This document shows positions 17,343 to 25,843 of a DNA stretch of 32,000 nucleotides, in pieces. Below the pieces are notes generated by a model, which saw nothing but the letters and a program-made list of their open reading frames with translations, ran no database searches and was not told where the DNA came from. This DNA comes from Thermovibrio guaymasensis (GTDB lineage Bacteria; Aquificota; Aquificia; Desulfurobacteriales; Desulfurobacteriaceae). The stretch spans positions 931,931 through 963,930 of the forward strand of contig NZ_RBIE01000001.1 in NCBI RefSeq assembly GCF_003633715.1, read 5' to 3'. How positions within the stretch are numbered: the stretch's first letter is position 1; every line of letters begins with the position of its first letter. The translations under genes and the position numbers were made by a program.

Positions 17343-18795
17343 ATTGAGGCTCTCCCTAATCTTTAAGTACGTAGTGACGATACTCTTCTTCCTCTCAACC
17401 TCCTTCCTAATTCCGGCAGTCTACTCCTTCTTCTCAAAGGACGGTTTAACGGAGAACTTCCTATTTCCGCCGATTTTGATGGGAGCTCTCCTACTACTTG
17501 CACTCCAAATTAAAGAAAAGGTATCAGACGTAAACGTCAAAGAGGCCCTTTTAGTCGTAGCTCTCGTCTGGTTCCTCTTCCCAGCACTTTCAGCAATGTG
17601 CTACATGGAAACCGGAGCTATTCCCAGATTTGTAGATGCCTACTTTGAATCTGTCTCAGGTTTTACAACTACAGGAGCCTCAATCCTTACAGACATTGAA
17701 TCACTTCCAAAGAGCGTCCTCCTCTGGCGTTCGACTACCCACTGGATAGGGGGAATCGGTTTTGTTGTTTTCTCCCTCTCCCTACTACCCCTTTTGGGAA
17801 CGGGAGGAGCCCAGTTAATGAGAATAGAGGCTGCAAAGGCCGTTGAGGAGAAGGTTTTACCGAGAGTTAAAGAGGTAGCAAAGGCAATCTTAACTGTATA
17901 TATAATCTTAACTCTACTTGAAATAGTCCTACTAAAAATTGTTGGACTTCCCCTCTATGAGGCGGTTAACCACACATTTGCTACGGTAGCAACAGGAGGT
18001 TTCTCAACTAGGAACTCAAGCGTTGGAGCTTTTAACTCATTTTTAGCTGAGATGATTATTGCGGTTTTTATGATTCTCGGAGCTCTTAATCTCTCACTTT
18101 ACTACAGGGCCTTTAAAGAAAGGAACTTAAAGCTCTTCTTATCATACTACGAAGTTAAAAGCTTCCTGATAATAATTTCTATTTCAACAATAGTAACGAC
18201 CCTAGTCCTCTACTTTCAGAATTATTACCCTAACCCCATAACTGCATTTAGATACGCCTTCTTTCAAATTGCAACTGCAGCAACAACAACCGGGTTTGCT
18301 TCAACAGACTACTCCAGCTGGCCCCCCTTTATCTTGGCCCTTTTAATGATACTGGCCTTAATAGGAGCTTCCTCAGGCTCAACAGCCGGAGGAATAAAGC
18401 AGTTTAGATTCCTGGTAATGGTCAAGACTGCTATGAAAGAGCTTAAAAAGACAGCCCATCCGAGACTCGTTTATAGGATTTCCCTAGGAGATAAGATCCT
18501 TGATATCTCACTCCTAAACACAATTTGGGCTTTTATTTCAATCTACTTTTCAACAACCATCATCTTCGGATTAGCCTTAACCCTTTCAGGCTACGACTTA
18601 ATAACCTCCTTTTCAGCCTCAATAGCCTGCATAACAAGCTTGGGACCTGGTCTTGGAAAAGTCGGTCCTGCAGGAAACTTTGCCTTCTTCTCAGACTTTG
18701 ACAAACTCCTCCTATCAGTTGAAATGCTCCTTGGAAGACTTGAAATATTTCCAATACTAGCCCTTCTGATCCCAGAGTTTTGGAAAGAGTATTAA
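17326..18795 (+). CDS. trkH: Trk potassium uptake system membrane subunit TrkH
   Basis: 489 aa, polytopic, with four pore-loop-like glycine motifs (GFTTTGAS, ATGGFSTRN, TTTGFAS, SGSTAGG). The start is TTG 17326 (overlapping trkA) or TTG 17344. Confidence 0.9.
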   Translation: MLRGSKLRLSLIFKYVVTILFFLSTSFLIPAVYSFFSKDGLTENFLFPPILMGALLLLALQIKEKVSDVNVKEALLVVALVWFLFPALSAMCYMETGAIPRFVDAYFESVSGFTTTGASILTDIESLPKSVLLWRSTTHWIGGIGFVVFSLSLLPLLGTGGAQLMRIEAAKAVEEKVLPRVKEVAKAILTVYIILTLLEIVLLKIVGLPLYEAVNHTFATVATGGFSTRNSSVGAFNSFLAEMIIAVFMILGALNLSLYYRAFKERNLKLFLSYYEVKSFLIIISISTIVTTLVLYFQNYYPNPITAFRYAFFQIATAATTTGFASTDYSSWPPFILALLMILALIGASSGSTAGGIKQFRFLVMVKTAMKELKKTAHPRLVYRISLGDKILDISLLNTIWAFISIYFSTTIIFGLALTLSGYDLITSFSASIACITSLGPGLGKVGPAGNFAFFSDFDKLLLSVEMLLGRLEIFPILALLIPEFWKEY

Positions 18796-18884
18796 CAACT
18801 ATGAGGACATGGCACTTGAAAACCTTTAAACATGAGTATATTTCCAAAGAAATTCCCGAAACTTTTATCTTGGAGGTATAGAAG

Positions 18885-20258
18885 ATGAAAAAAAGCAACT
18901 ATATAGAAAAGCTAAAGAAAATTTTAGGCACAGAAAAAGTTAAAGATTCAACTTCCTGGAGGTTATCGTACGCTTACGATGGAACACCTACCGGATATAA
19001 GGGAGTACCTGACGTTGTTGTCTTTCCTGAAGATGAAGAGGATGTAGCTAAAGTTTTAGCGTTTGCAAATGAGAATAGGATTCCGGTCTATCCGAGGGGA
19101 GCAGGTTCGGGGTTAACGGGAGGTTCAGCTCCACTTGAAGGAGGAATCGTAGTTTCTACTGAGAAGATGAACAGGATAATTGAGATTGATGAGGACAACT
19201 TAGCCGTTCTAACTGAACCGGGAGTTGTAACTTACGAGCTCCAAAAGGAGGTTGAAAAGAGAGGGCTTTTCTACCCACCTGACCCTTCAAGTTACAAGTA
19301 CTCAACAATCGGCGGAAACATAGCAGAGAACGCTGGAGGGCCAAGGTGCGTTAAGTATGGAGTAACTAAGGACTACGTAATGCAGCTAGAAGTTGTATTT
19401 GCAGATGGAACGATTTCAAAGGTAGGCTCCAAAGCAGTTAAGTCTGTTGCAGGGTACAACTTAAAGGACTTAATAGTTGGCTCTGAAGGAACCCTTGCCT
19501 TCATAACAAAGGCTTACCTAAAGCTCATTCCTTCACCTGAGGCAGTTAGAACAGCAATGGCAGTTTTCCCAAAGGTTGAACAGGCAGCTCAGGCAGTTGC
19601 CGACATGTTTAAGAACAAAGTCATACCTACTGCATGTGAGTTCCTTGATAAAAACTCAATAGTTGCAGTTGAAAATTACGCAAAGATAGGACTTCCAACT
19701 TACGCTGAAGGACTTTTAGTAATTGAGGTTGACGGATACGAAGCTGTAGTTGATGAGCTGATAAACAGGGTAATAAAGGTCTGTAAGGAGGCTGGAGCTG
19801 AAGAAATTAAGAGGGCATCTACACCAGAAGAGAGAGAAGCCATCTGGCTTGCAAGAAGAGCGGTTTCCCCTGCAATTGTTCAGCTTAAGCCGAAGAAAAT
19901 TAACGAAGACGTTGTAGTCCCTAGAAACAAAATTCCGGAGATGATTAAAAATGTTTATAAAATAGCCGATAAGTATAATTTGATGGTTGTTAACTTCGGC
20001 CATGCTGGAGACGGGAACATTCACGTTAACTTCATGTACGAGCCGGAAGAAGAGGAAAGGGTTGAAATGGCTGTAAGGGAAGTTTTTGAGCTTACTCTCT
20101 CACTGGAAGGATCAATTTCAGGTGAACACGGTATAGGGTGGATGAAGAAGGAGTTTCTACCCCTTGAGGTGGGAGAAGCCCTTGAGAAGATGAAGGCTAT
20201 TAAGAAAGCTCTAGACCCTAATAACATACTAAACCCGGGGAAGATCTTTGACCTCTAA
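18885..20258 (+). CDS. FAD-linked oxidase (GlcD / D-lactate dehydrogenase family)
   Basis: 457 aa. FAD-binding PCMH-type region (VVFPEDEEDV...PRGAGSGLTGGS) and a C-terminal GEHGIG...LDPNNILNPGK. GGAGG lies 8 nt upstream. Confidence 0.88.
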   Translation: MKKSNYIEKLKKILGTEKVKDSTSWRLSYAYDGTPTGYKGVPDVVVFPEDEEDVAKVLAFANENRIPVYPRGAGSGLTGGSAPLEGGIVVSTEKMNRIIEIDEDNLAVLTEPGVVTYELQKEVEKRGLFYPPDPSSYKYSTIGGNIAENAGGPRCVKYGVTKDYVMQLEVVFADGTISKVGSKAVKSVAGYNLKDLIVGSEGTLAFITKAYLKLIPSPEAVRTAMAVFPKVEQAAQAVADMFKNKVIPTACEFLDKNSIVAVENYAKIGLPTYAEGLLVIEVDGYEAVVDELINRVIKVCKEAGAEEIKRASTPEEREAIWLARRAVSPAIVQLKPKKINEDVVVPRNKIPEMIKNVYKIADKYNLMVVNFGHAGDGNIHVNFMYEPEEEERVEMAVREVFELTLSLEGSISGEHGIGWMKKEFLPLEVGEALEKMKAIKKALDPNNILNPGKIFDL

Positions 20259-20309
20259 GGTCTTTCCCCTTTTATTGTACTTCAATACTCTTAACTAGGT
20301 GGTGAAAAG

Positions 20310-21071
20310 ATGGATATAGCCACCCTAATAGGTATAGGCGGTGCTTTCTTACTTATCATTGTTTCTATTGTAATCGGAGGAAGTCCTGGAGCGTTCATTA
20401 ACATTCCCTCTCTCTTAATCACAGTCGGCGGTGGACTTGCCGCAGGAATGGCCGGCTTTCCCATGGGAGAGTTCATAAACGGCCTAAAGGCCATGCTTAA
20501 GGCCCTCAACCCCGGGATGCCAAACCCTATAGAGGAAATAGACTTTTTAACAGATGTAGCAAAGAAGGCTAGGAAGGAAGGAATTTTAGCCCTGGAGTCC
20601 GACATTGATACTTTCTATTCAAGGGACCCCTTCTTCGGCGGAATAATGAGAATGTTAATTGACGGACTTGAAATAGAAGAGATAAGGAGTACAGCCGAAG
20701 CATCCATGGCGCAAATAGAGCAGAAACTATCAACAGAAGTATCGGTCTGGGAATCTCTGGGAGACCTCTTTCCAGCCTTTGGAATGATCGGAACGCTAAT
20801 CGGTCTTATCCAGATGCTCCAGAACCTATCCGACCCTTCAGCTCTCGGTCCCGGAATGGCCGTAGCGATGATTACAACCCTCTACGGTGCAATACTTGCC
20901 TATACTCTATGTATTCCCATTTCTAAAAAGCTCAAGTACTACAAAGACCTTAAAATGCTCTTCCTTGAAGCATACCTTTTAACTGCAGAAGCAATAGAAA
21001 AGGGAGTTAACCCAAACATACTCAGACAAAAGCTTGCAGGTCTCTTTGGAGTGGAAGTAGAAGAGGGTTAA
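20310..21071 (+). CDS. motA: Flagellar motor stator protein MotA/PomA
   Basis: 253 aa with four TM segments. N-terminus MDIATLIGIGGAFLLII. It has the conserved FPAFGMIGTLIGL and MAVAMITTLYG segments. Confidence 0.9.
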   Translation: MDIATLIGIGGAFLLIIVSIVIGGSPGAFINIPSLLITVGGGLAAGMAGFPMGEFINGLKAMLKALNPGMPNPIEEIDFLTDVAKKARKEGILALESDIDTFYSRDPFFGGIMRMLIDGLEIEEIRSTAEASMAQIEQKLSTEVSVWESLGDLFPAFGMIGTLIGLIQMLQNLSDPSALGPGMAVAMITTLYGAILAYTLCIPISKKLKYYKDLKMLFLEAYLLTAEAIEKGVNPNILRQKLAGLFGVEVEEG

Positions 21072-21075
21072 GTAG

Positions 21076-21189
21076 ATGGCAAGAAAGAAAAAGGAGGAGT
21101 GTAAAGCTCCTCCTGCCTGGCTCACAAGTTTTGGTGACCTAATGTCCCTCCTTTTAACCTTCTTTATTCTCCTCTACTCTATGTCAACT
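21076..21189 (+). repeat. Copy 1 of a 114-nt direct repeat (5' end of motB paralog 1)
   Basis: Hand alignment with 21785-21898 gives about 18 mismatches in 114 nt. The rest of the two genes is not alignable at the DNA level by eye. Confidence 0.8.
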
Positions 21190-21777
21190 ATTTCCCTTGA
21201 AAAGTTCTACCAGGCAATAAAGGGAATAATTGAGGCCTTCGGCGGCCACTACGTAGTCTACGAAGAAAGGGTAATAAGGGGTAAAAACGTTCCCGTCCAG
21301 ATGCCGAACATGTACCCTAAGATGAAGAGCAGAAAGGAAATTGAAGAAAAAGTCCACAAAATAAGGGAAACTTTAAAAGCTCTTGGAGTTGACTCTGAAG
21401 TTGCAAAGTACGGCCAGAGTATAAGGCTGAGAATAAACACAGATAAGATCTTCCCTCTTGGAAGTGACAAACCTTACCCTGAAGCAATTCCTCTAATTAT
21501 GGAACTCTGTAAGAAACTAAAAGAGCTTGATTTACCTTTAACTATAGAAGGACACACAGACAACACTCCAATTAGAAATGGAAGGTTTCCCTCAAACTGG
21601 GAGCTCTCAGCTGCAAGAGCAACAGCAGTCCTAAGACTCTTTATTCAGTGTGGCTACGACCCTAAGAAACTCTCAGCTGCTGGCTGCGGAGAGTACCACC
21701 CAATAGCTCCAAACACAACTCCAGAAGGGAGAGCTAAAAACAGGAGAATTGAAATAGTGATTCATCTACCAATGTAG
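21076..21777 (+). CDS. motB: Flagellar motor stator protein MotB (paralog 1), canonical OmpA-like peptidoglycan-binding domain
   Basis: TM segment with the conserved Asp (AWLTSFGDLMSLLLTFFILL). OmpA-like motifs GHTDNTPI, NWELSAARA and NRRIEIVI. Confidence 0.9.
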   Translation: MARKKKEECKAPPAWLTSFGDLMSLLLTFFILLYSMSTISLEKFYQAIKGIIEAFGGHYVVYEERVIRGKNVPVQMPNMYPKMKSRKEIEEKVHKIRETLKALGVDSEVAKYGQSIRLRINTDKIFPLGSDKPYPEAIPLIMELCKKLKELDLPLTIEGHTDNTPIRNGRFPSNWELSAARATAVLRLFIQCGYDPKKLSAAGCGEYHPIAPNTTPEGRAKNRRIEIVIHLPM

Positions 21778-21784
21778 GAGTAGG

Positions 21785-21898
21785 ATGGCAAGGAAGAAAA
21801 AGGAAGAGTGTAAAAGCGTACCGGCATGGCTAACAAGCTTTAGTGACCTAATGTCACTCCTTCTGACCTTCTTCATTCTCCTTTACTCTATGTCAACT
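21785..21898 (+). repeat. Copy 2 of a 114-nt direct repeat (5' end of motB paralog 2)
   Basis: See copy 1. At the protein level 35 of 38 residues are identical. Confidence 0.8.
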
Positions 21899-22549
21899 CT
21901 TGATATAACAAAGGCAATGAAGTTCCTATCATACTTTCAAGGAGAAAAAGCAAAAACTTTTAAACAGATTTCCATAGTAAAACCTATAAAGATCTATACA
22001 GAAGATGTTGCCCGAAAGATAAAAAAGCTAATAAAAAGACTCCTTCCGGTATACGGTTACCAGCTGGTAGTAACTGAACAATACGTAATGATCAGGCTCT
22101 TTAACAAAATTCTCTTTGAAAAGGACACTGTAAAACTAACTCCCCAGGCTAAGAAAGCCCTTGAGAAGATAGCTCAGGTAATAAAATCCTTAAACGGAAA
22201 CTACAGGGTAAGAGTTGAAGGCCACACGAGTAAAGGTGAACCTACCAAACCGATAAAAGGTGTTAACGACAGTTGGGACCTCTCAATTCTAAGGGCCACT
22301 CAAGTTGCAAAGTACTTAATATCAAAGGGCGTTGATCCTAAAAAAGTTTTCGTTGTCGGTTACGATGCTACAAGACCCCTTTATACCTGGAACAATCCAA
22401 TACTTCAGGCAAGGAACAGGAGAGTTGAAATCTACCTTGAAGTTGCAGTTCCTAAGGAAGAAGAGGAGGAGAAGGTTCTAATAAAGAAAAAGGAGAAACT
22501 CCCCACCAAAGGCGGGGAGGAACGGAAGGCTAGTTCAGAAAAACGTTAA
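21785..22549 (+). CDS. motB: Flagellar motor stator protein MotB (paralog 2), divergent periplasmic domain with K/E-rich tail
   Basis: Its N-terminal 38 aa are nearly identical to paralog 1 (AWLTSFSDLMSLLLTFFILL). The OmpA-like region is altered (GHTSKGEP, WDLSILRA, NRRVEIYL). The C-terminus is EEEEEKVLIKKKEKLPTKGGEERK. Confidence 0.85.
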   Translation: MARKKKEECKSVPAWLTSFSDLMSLLLTFFILLYSMSTLDITKAMKFLSYFQGEKAKTFKQISIVKPIKIYTEDVARKIKKLIKRLLPVYGYQLVVTEQYVMIRLFNKILFEKDTVKLTPQAKKALEKIAQVIKSLNGNYRVRVEGHTSKGEPTKPIKGVNDSWDLSILRATQVAKYLISKGVDPKKVFVVGYDATRPLYTWNNPILQARNRRVEIYLEVAVPKEEEEEKVLIKKKEKLPTKGGEERKASSEKR

Positions 22550-23489
22550 GTTTCTTCCTCATTGCATACTCTCTCATCTTCTTCTTAGCCCTGGTTTCAA
22601 GCTGGCGAACTCTCTCCCTGCTTATCCCTAACTTCTCACCTATCTCCCTTAAAGTCTTAGGTTCATTCCCGTCAAGTCCAAAGCGCATAATAATTATCTT
22701 CTTTTCCTGAGGAGTTAACTGCTCAAGCATTTCCTGAATGCTCTGCTTGAGTTCCTCTTGAACTACCTTTTCCTCAACTTCAGCGGTCCCTTCACCCTTA
22801 AGGAAGTCCTTAAAGGTAGTATCTTCCTCATCACCAATGGGAGTATCAAGGGAGAGTGGAACCTGGCAGATGGAAAGGAGTCTCTCTATCTCCTTAGGCT
22901 CCATCCCAACGTGCTGCGCAAGCTCCTCTATGGTTGGTTCCCTTCCAAGCTCTTTAAGGAGCTCCCCGTAAGAACGGGTAATCTTGTTGACTAAAACTGC
23001 CTGTTTTACAGGTATCTTAACAGCACCTGTCTGCTGGGCAAGGGCCTGCATTATGGACTGTCTAATCCACCAGACTGCGTAGGAGATAAACTTAACTCCC
23101 TTATCAGGGTCAAACCTTCTAGCCGCCTCAATCAGCCCCAAAATCCCCTCAGCTATAAGGTCGTGAAGGGGAAGACCGCAACCGAGGTACTTCTTTGCAA
23201 CGCTGACAACAAACCTTAAGTTTGACTCAACAAGCTTCTTTAAAGCTTCCTTATCCCCCGCCTTTGCCCTCTTTGCAAGCTCAATCTCCTCCTCCCTCGT
23301 TAAAAGAGGGATCTTTGAAATTGACTTTAAGAAAGCGTCCAGAGAGTCCTTATCAGGAACAAAGGATTCAATTAAAGTAGGATCTATCTCCTGATCAAAG
23401 AGGGTAAGACTTGTCTCTTCTCCCTCAAAGTCTAAGTTATCAATATCTACATTCTCTTCATCTTCAAATAGAAACTCCTTCTCTTCCAT
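22530..23489 (-). CDS. RNA polymerase sigma factor, sigma-70 family (short RpoD/RpoS-like, group-2-like)
   Basis: 319 aa. Acidic N-terminus, region 2 (NLRFVVSVAKKY...YAVWWIRQSI), region 3, and region 4.2 HTH (TLREIGEKLGISRERVRQLE). Confidence 0.9.
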   Translation of the reverse strand: MEEKEFLFEDEENVDIDNLDFEGEETSLTLFDQEIDPTLIESFVPDKDSLDAFLKSISKIPLLTREEEIELAKRAKAGDKEALKKLVESNLRFVVSVAKKYLGCGLPLHDLIAEGILGLIEAARRFDPDKGVKFISYAVWWIRQSIMQALAQQTGAVKIPVKQAVLVNKITRSYGELLKELGREPTIEELAQHVGMEPKEIERLLSICQVPLSLDTPIGDEEDTTFKDFLKGEGTAEVEEKVVQEELKQSIQEMLEQLTPQEKKIIIMRFGLDGNEPKTLREIGEKLGISRERVRQLETRAKKKMREYAMRKKLNVFLN

Positions 23490-23500
23490 ACCAACCTCTC

Positions 23501-24934
23501 CTAATCTTCAGGGTTTAAAACTACGTAAATTACTCCTTCTCCCCTTACTACTTTAAGGAGAACTCCGGAGCTACCTGCCTTCTTAATAATACTTAACAAG
23601 TCATCAACACTCTTAACGGGCCTTAAATCCTTGGGAGTTACACCAGCAGCGACAATAATATCTCCCTCTCTAAGGCCTGCATCATCAGCAGATGAACCTG
23701 AGCTAACCTCAGTAACAATTAAACCGTGCTTGACCCACTTTGGAACTCTCAACTTGCTCTTCAAATCAGGAGTTAACGGCTGAACGGAAAATCCAAATTT
23801 AGACATTAAATCAACATGGGCAAGTGACTGGGTTCCCGGCATTTGGCCAATTTTCACTTTAAGGACCTTTCTCTTACCGTCCCTAATTACAGTAATTTTG
23901 ACTTCCTCACCGGGCTTTGTATTTATTACTTTTAACTGAAGGTCTGTAACGTTCTTTACAGGTTCTCCGTTAAACTCAACAATTATGTCTCCAGCCTTCA
24001 AACCTCCCTTTTCAGCAGGACTGTTGGGCATGACTTTAGTTACGAGAACCCCTTCTTTAACGCCAAACTTCTTAGCAAGTGAAGGAGAAACGTCCTCAAT
24101 GTAAACTCCAAGCCAACCCCTTATTACCTTACCGTACTTAAGGAGGTCATCCATTACTTTCTTTGCTATGTTTATCGGAACTGCAAAACCAAGTCCTTGA
24201 GCATTCCTAACTATAGCCGTATTGATCCCGATAACCTTACCGTGAATGTCACAAAGAGGACCACCGCTGTTGCCGGGATTTATCGCAGCATCGGTCTGGA
24301 TGAAGTTCTCTATCGGGTTAAGGCCTAAACCGTGTCTTCCCTTAGCAGAGATAATACCGTGGGTCACAGTCCAGTTTAAACCGTAAGGGTTACCAATTGC
24401 TATAACGAATTGACCAACCTTTATCCTATCTGAATCCCCAATTTCAACTACAGGAACCTTTTTATCTCCAACTTTTATCTTTATTAGAGCAACGTCGGTC
24501 TTTGGATCAGTTCCAACAACTTTTGCCTTATAAACGGAGCCGTCACTCAGTTTGACCTTTATCTTCTTAGCCTTTGATACAACGTGGTTGTTCGTCAGTA
24601 TGTATGCCCAGCCGTCTTCAACCTTAACAATGAAACCTGAACCCAGAGAGCGTGTTTCAAAACGCCGGGGAATCTCAGGGAACGGAAATCCGAAATCATG
24701 AAAGAAATTCCTAAACTCGGGGGGAATGGGAGGGTGCTTTATTTCTACCTCAGAAACTGTACTAATATTAACGACTGCAGGCTTAACCTTTTCAACAACT
24801 TCCTCAAAAACGTTCTGGAGGGATTCAACAACCTCGTAGTCCCGAACCTGAGTTGAAAGGGCCGGCTGGGAGGAGAAAAGACCAAAAAGGAAAACTGCAG
24901 CCGTAAAACTCCTTAGAAGCTGTCTGGTGTTCAT
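23501..24934 (-). CDS. htrA: Periplasmic serine endoprotease HtrA/DegP/DegQ family with two PDZ domains
   Basis: Signal peptide, catalytic triad contexts TNNHVV, TDVALIKI and GNSGGPL, and two PDZ-like segments. Confidence 0.93.
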   Translation of the reverse strand: MNTRQLLRSFTAAVFLFGLFSSQPALSTQVRDYEVVESLQNVFEEVVEKVKPAVVNISTVSEVEIKHPPIPPEFRNFFHDFGFPFPEIPRRFETRSLGSGFIVKVEDGWAYILTNNHVVSKAKKIKVKLSDGSVYKAKVVGTDPKTDVALIKIKVGDKKVPVVEIGDSDRIKVGQFVIAIGNPYGLNWTVTHGIISAKGRHGLGLNPIENFIQTDAAINPGNSGGPLCDIHGKVIGINTAIVRNAQGLGFAVPINIAKKVMDDLLKYGKVIRGWLGVYIEDVSPSLAKKFGVKEGVLVTKVMPNSPAEKGGLKAGDIIVEFNGEPVKNVTDLQLKVINTKPGEEVKITVIRDGKRKVLKVKIGQMPGTQSLAHVDLMSKFGFSVQPLTPDLKSKLRVPKWVKHGLIVTEVSSGSSADDAGLREGDIIVAAGVTPKDLRPVKSVDDLLSIIKKAGSSGVLLKVVRGEGVIYVVLNPED

Positions 24935-24954
24935 CGCACTACCTCCTTTTGATT

Positions 24955-25815
24955 TTACTTGTTCTCTGTTAAAGCGTAGATTATTTTCTTAACCTTCTTC
25001 TCACTTAGAACCCTCTTTGCACCTATGAACCTTCTCTTAAAGTACCTCTCACTCAAGCTGGAAATAGCAAGGCCATGGTACATTGATGAAAAGTGGATAA
25101 ATCTGCCGTTTCCTATGTAAATACCTACGTGGGAAGGATAACGGGCGTAAGTTCTAAAGAAAACCAAGTCTCCAACTTTTAAGTTACCAATATCAACGGG
25201 CACACCAACGTTAAACTGAGCCCTTGCAGTCCTTGGAAGTTTAATTCCAAGTTTCCTATAGACGTACATCGTAAAAGAGGAACAGTCTAGGCCAAAGTGA
25301 GGGTTATTCCCACCGAAAACGTAGGGAGTATTCTTCAGTTTCTTAAATATCTCAGCAAAGAGCTTAAAGAGAGCTCCCTTATACTCAGGATCGTTAAGAA
25401 TTGAAAGGCTCCAATTATCGTACTTTACGTCCAAGGGAGTAGAAAGAACCTGCGCAAGCTCTTCAGCCTCTCTGTAAACAACTTCTGTAAGAGGGTTAAT
25501 CTCACTCCCTACAATTTTTGAACTCAGAGCCTGTTCCGATTCTTTCTTAAGGAATGCTATAGTCTCACCGCTCTTTCTAGGCTTAAACTTCCTGTACCAA
25601 GAAGGAGTATGTCTTGTTCCGGGAATTATTAGCTTCTGTCCAACCCTTATAGTATTACTCCTCAAACCGTTCAGCCTCTTTATCTTAGACACAGTTGTGT
25701 GGAACTTCTTAGCAATCTTGTAGAGGGAGTCACCGGGTTTAACCCTGTAAATATCAGCCTGGACAGGTAGAGCAAAAGTGAAGGCAAGCACAAGGGAAGT
25801 TAACAATCTCTTCAA
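24955..25815 (-). CDS. LysM-domain NlpC/P60-family peptidoglycan endopeptidase
   Basis: LysM domain (YRVKPGDSLYKIAKKFHTTVSKIKRLNGL). NlpC/P60 catalytic Cys (GLDCSSFTMYVY) and His (PSHVGIYIG). The TTG start at 25815 is preferred because GGAGGAGGA lies 4 nt upstream and it yields the signal peptide MKRLLTSLVLAFTFALPVQA. The ORF track starts at 25830. Confidence 0.85.
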   Translation of the reverse strand: MKRLLTSLVLAFTFALPVQADIYRVKPGDSLYKIAKKFHTTVSKIKRLNGLRSNTIRVGQKLIIPGTRHTPSWYRKFKPRKSGETIAFLKKESEQALSSKIVGSEINPLTEVVYREAEELAQVLSTPLDVKYDNWSLSILNDPEYKGALFKLFAEIFKKLKNTPYVFGGNNPHFGLDCSSFTMYVYRKLGIKLPRTARAQFNVGVPVDIGNLKVGDLVFFRTYARYPSHVGIYIGNGRFIHFSSMYHGLAISSLSERYFKRRFIGAKRVLSEKKVKKIIYALTENK

Positions 25816-25843
25816 ACTATCCTCCTCCAATACCCCTTGCTAA

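Noticed and set aside
18810-18815. TGGCAC hexamer upstream of the FAD oxidase gene, as a possible sigma-54 -24 element.
   Set aside because: The required GC-containing -12 element (TTGC) is absent at the correct spacing. The sequence following is TTGAAAACC.
18801-18881. 26-codon upstream ORF (MRTWHLKTFKHEYISKEIPETFILEV) ending 3 nt before the FAD oxidase start and covering its SD.
   Set aside because: There is no SD in front of it and nothing recognisable in the peptide. An ORF of this size is expected by chance in an 89-nt gap. It was kept only as a note.
20310-22549. MotA/MotB-like genes as a Zorya-type (ZorAB) anti-phage system.
   Set aside because: MotA here is 253 aa with a canonical flagellar stator architecture, whereas ZorA carries a long C-terminal tail. 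No ZorC/ZorD-like or nuclease/helicase genes follow, and the MotB proteins have flagellar-type plug/TM segments.
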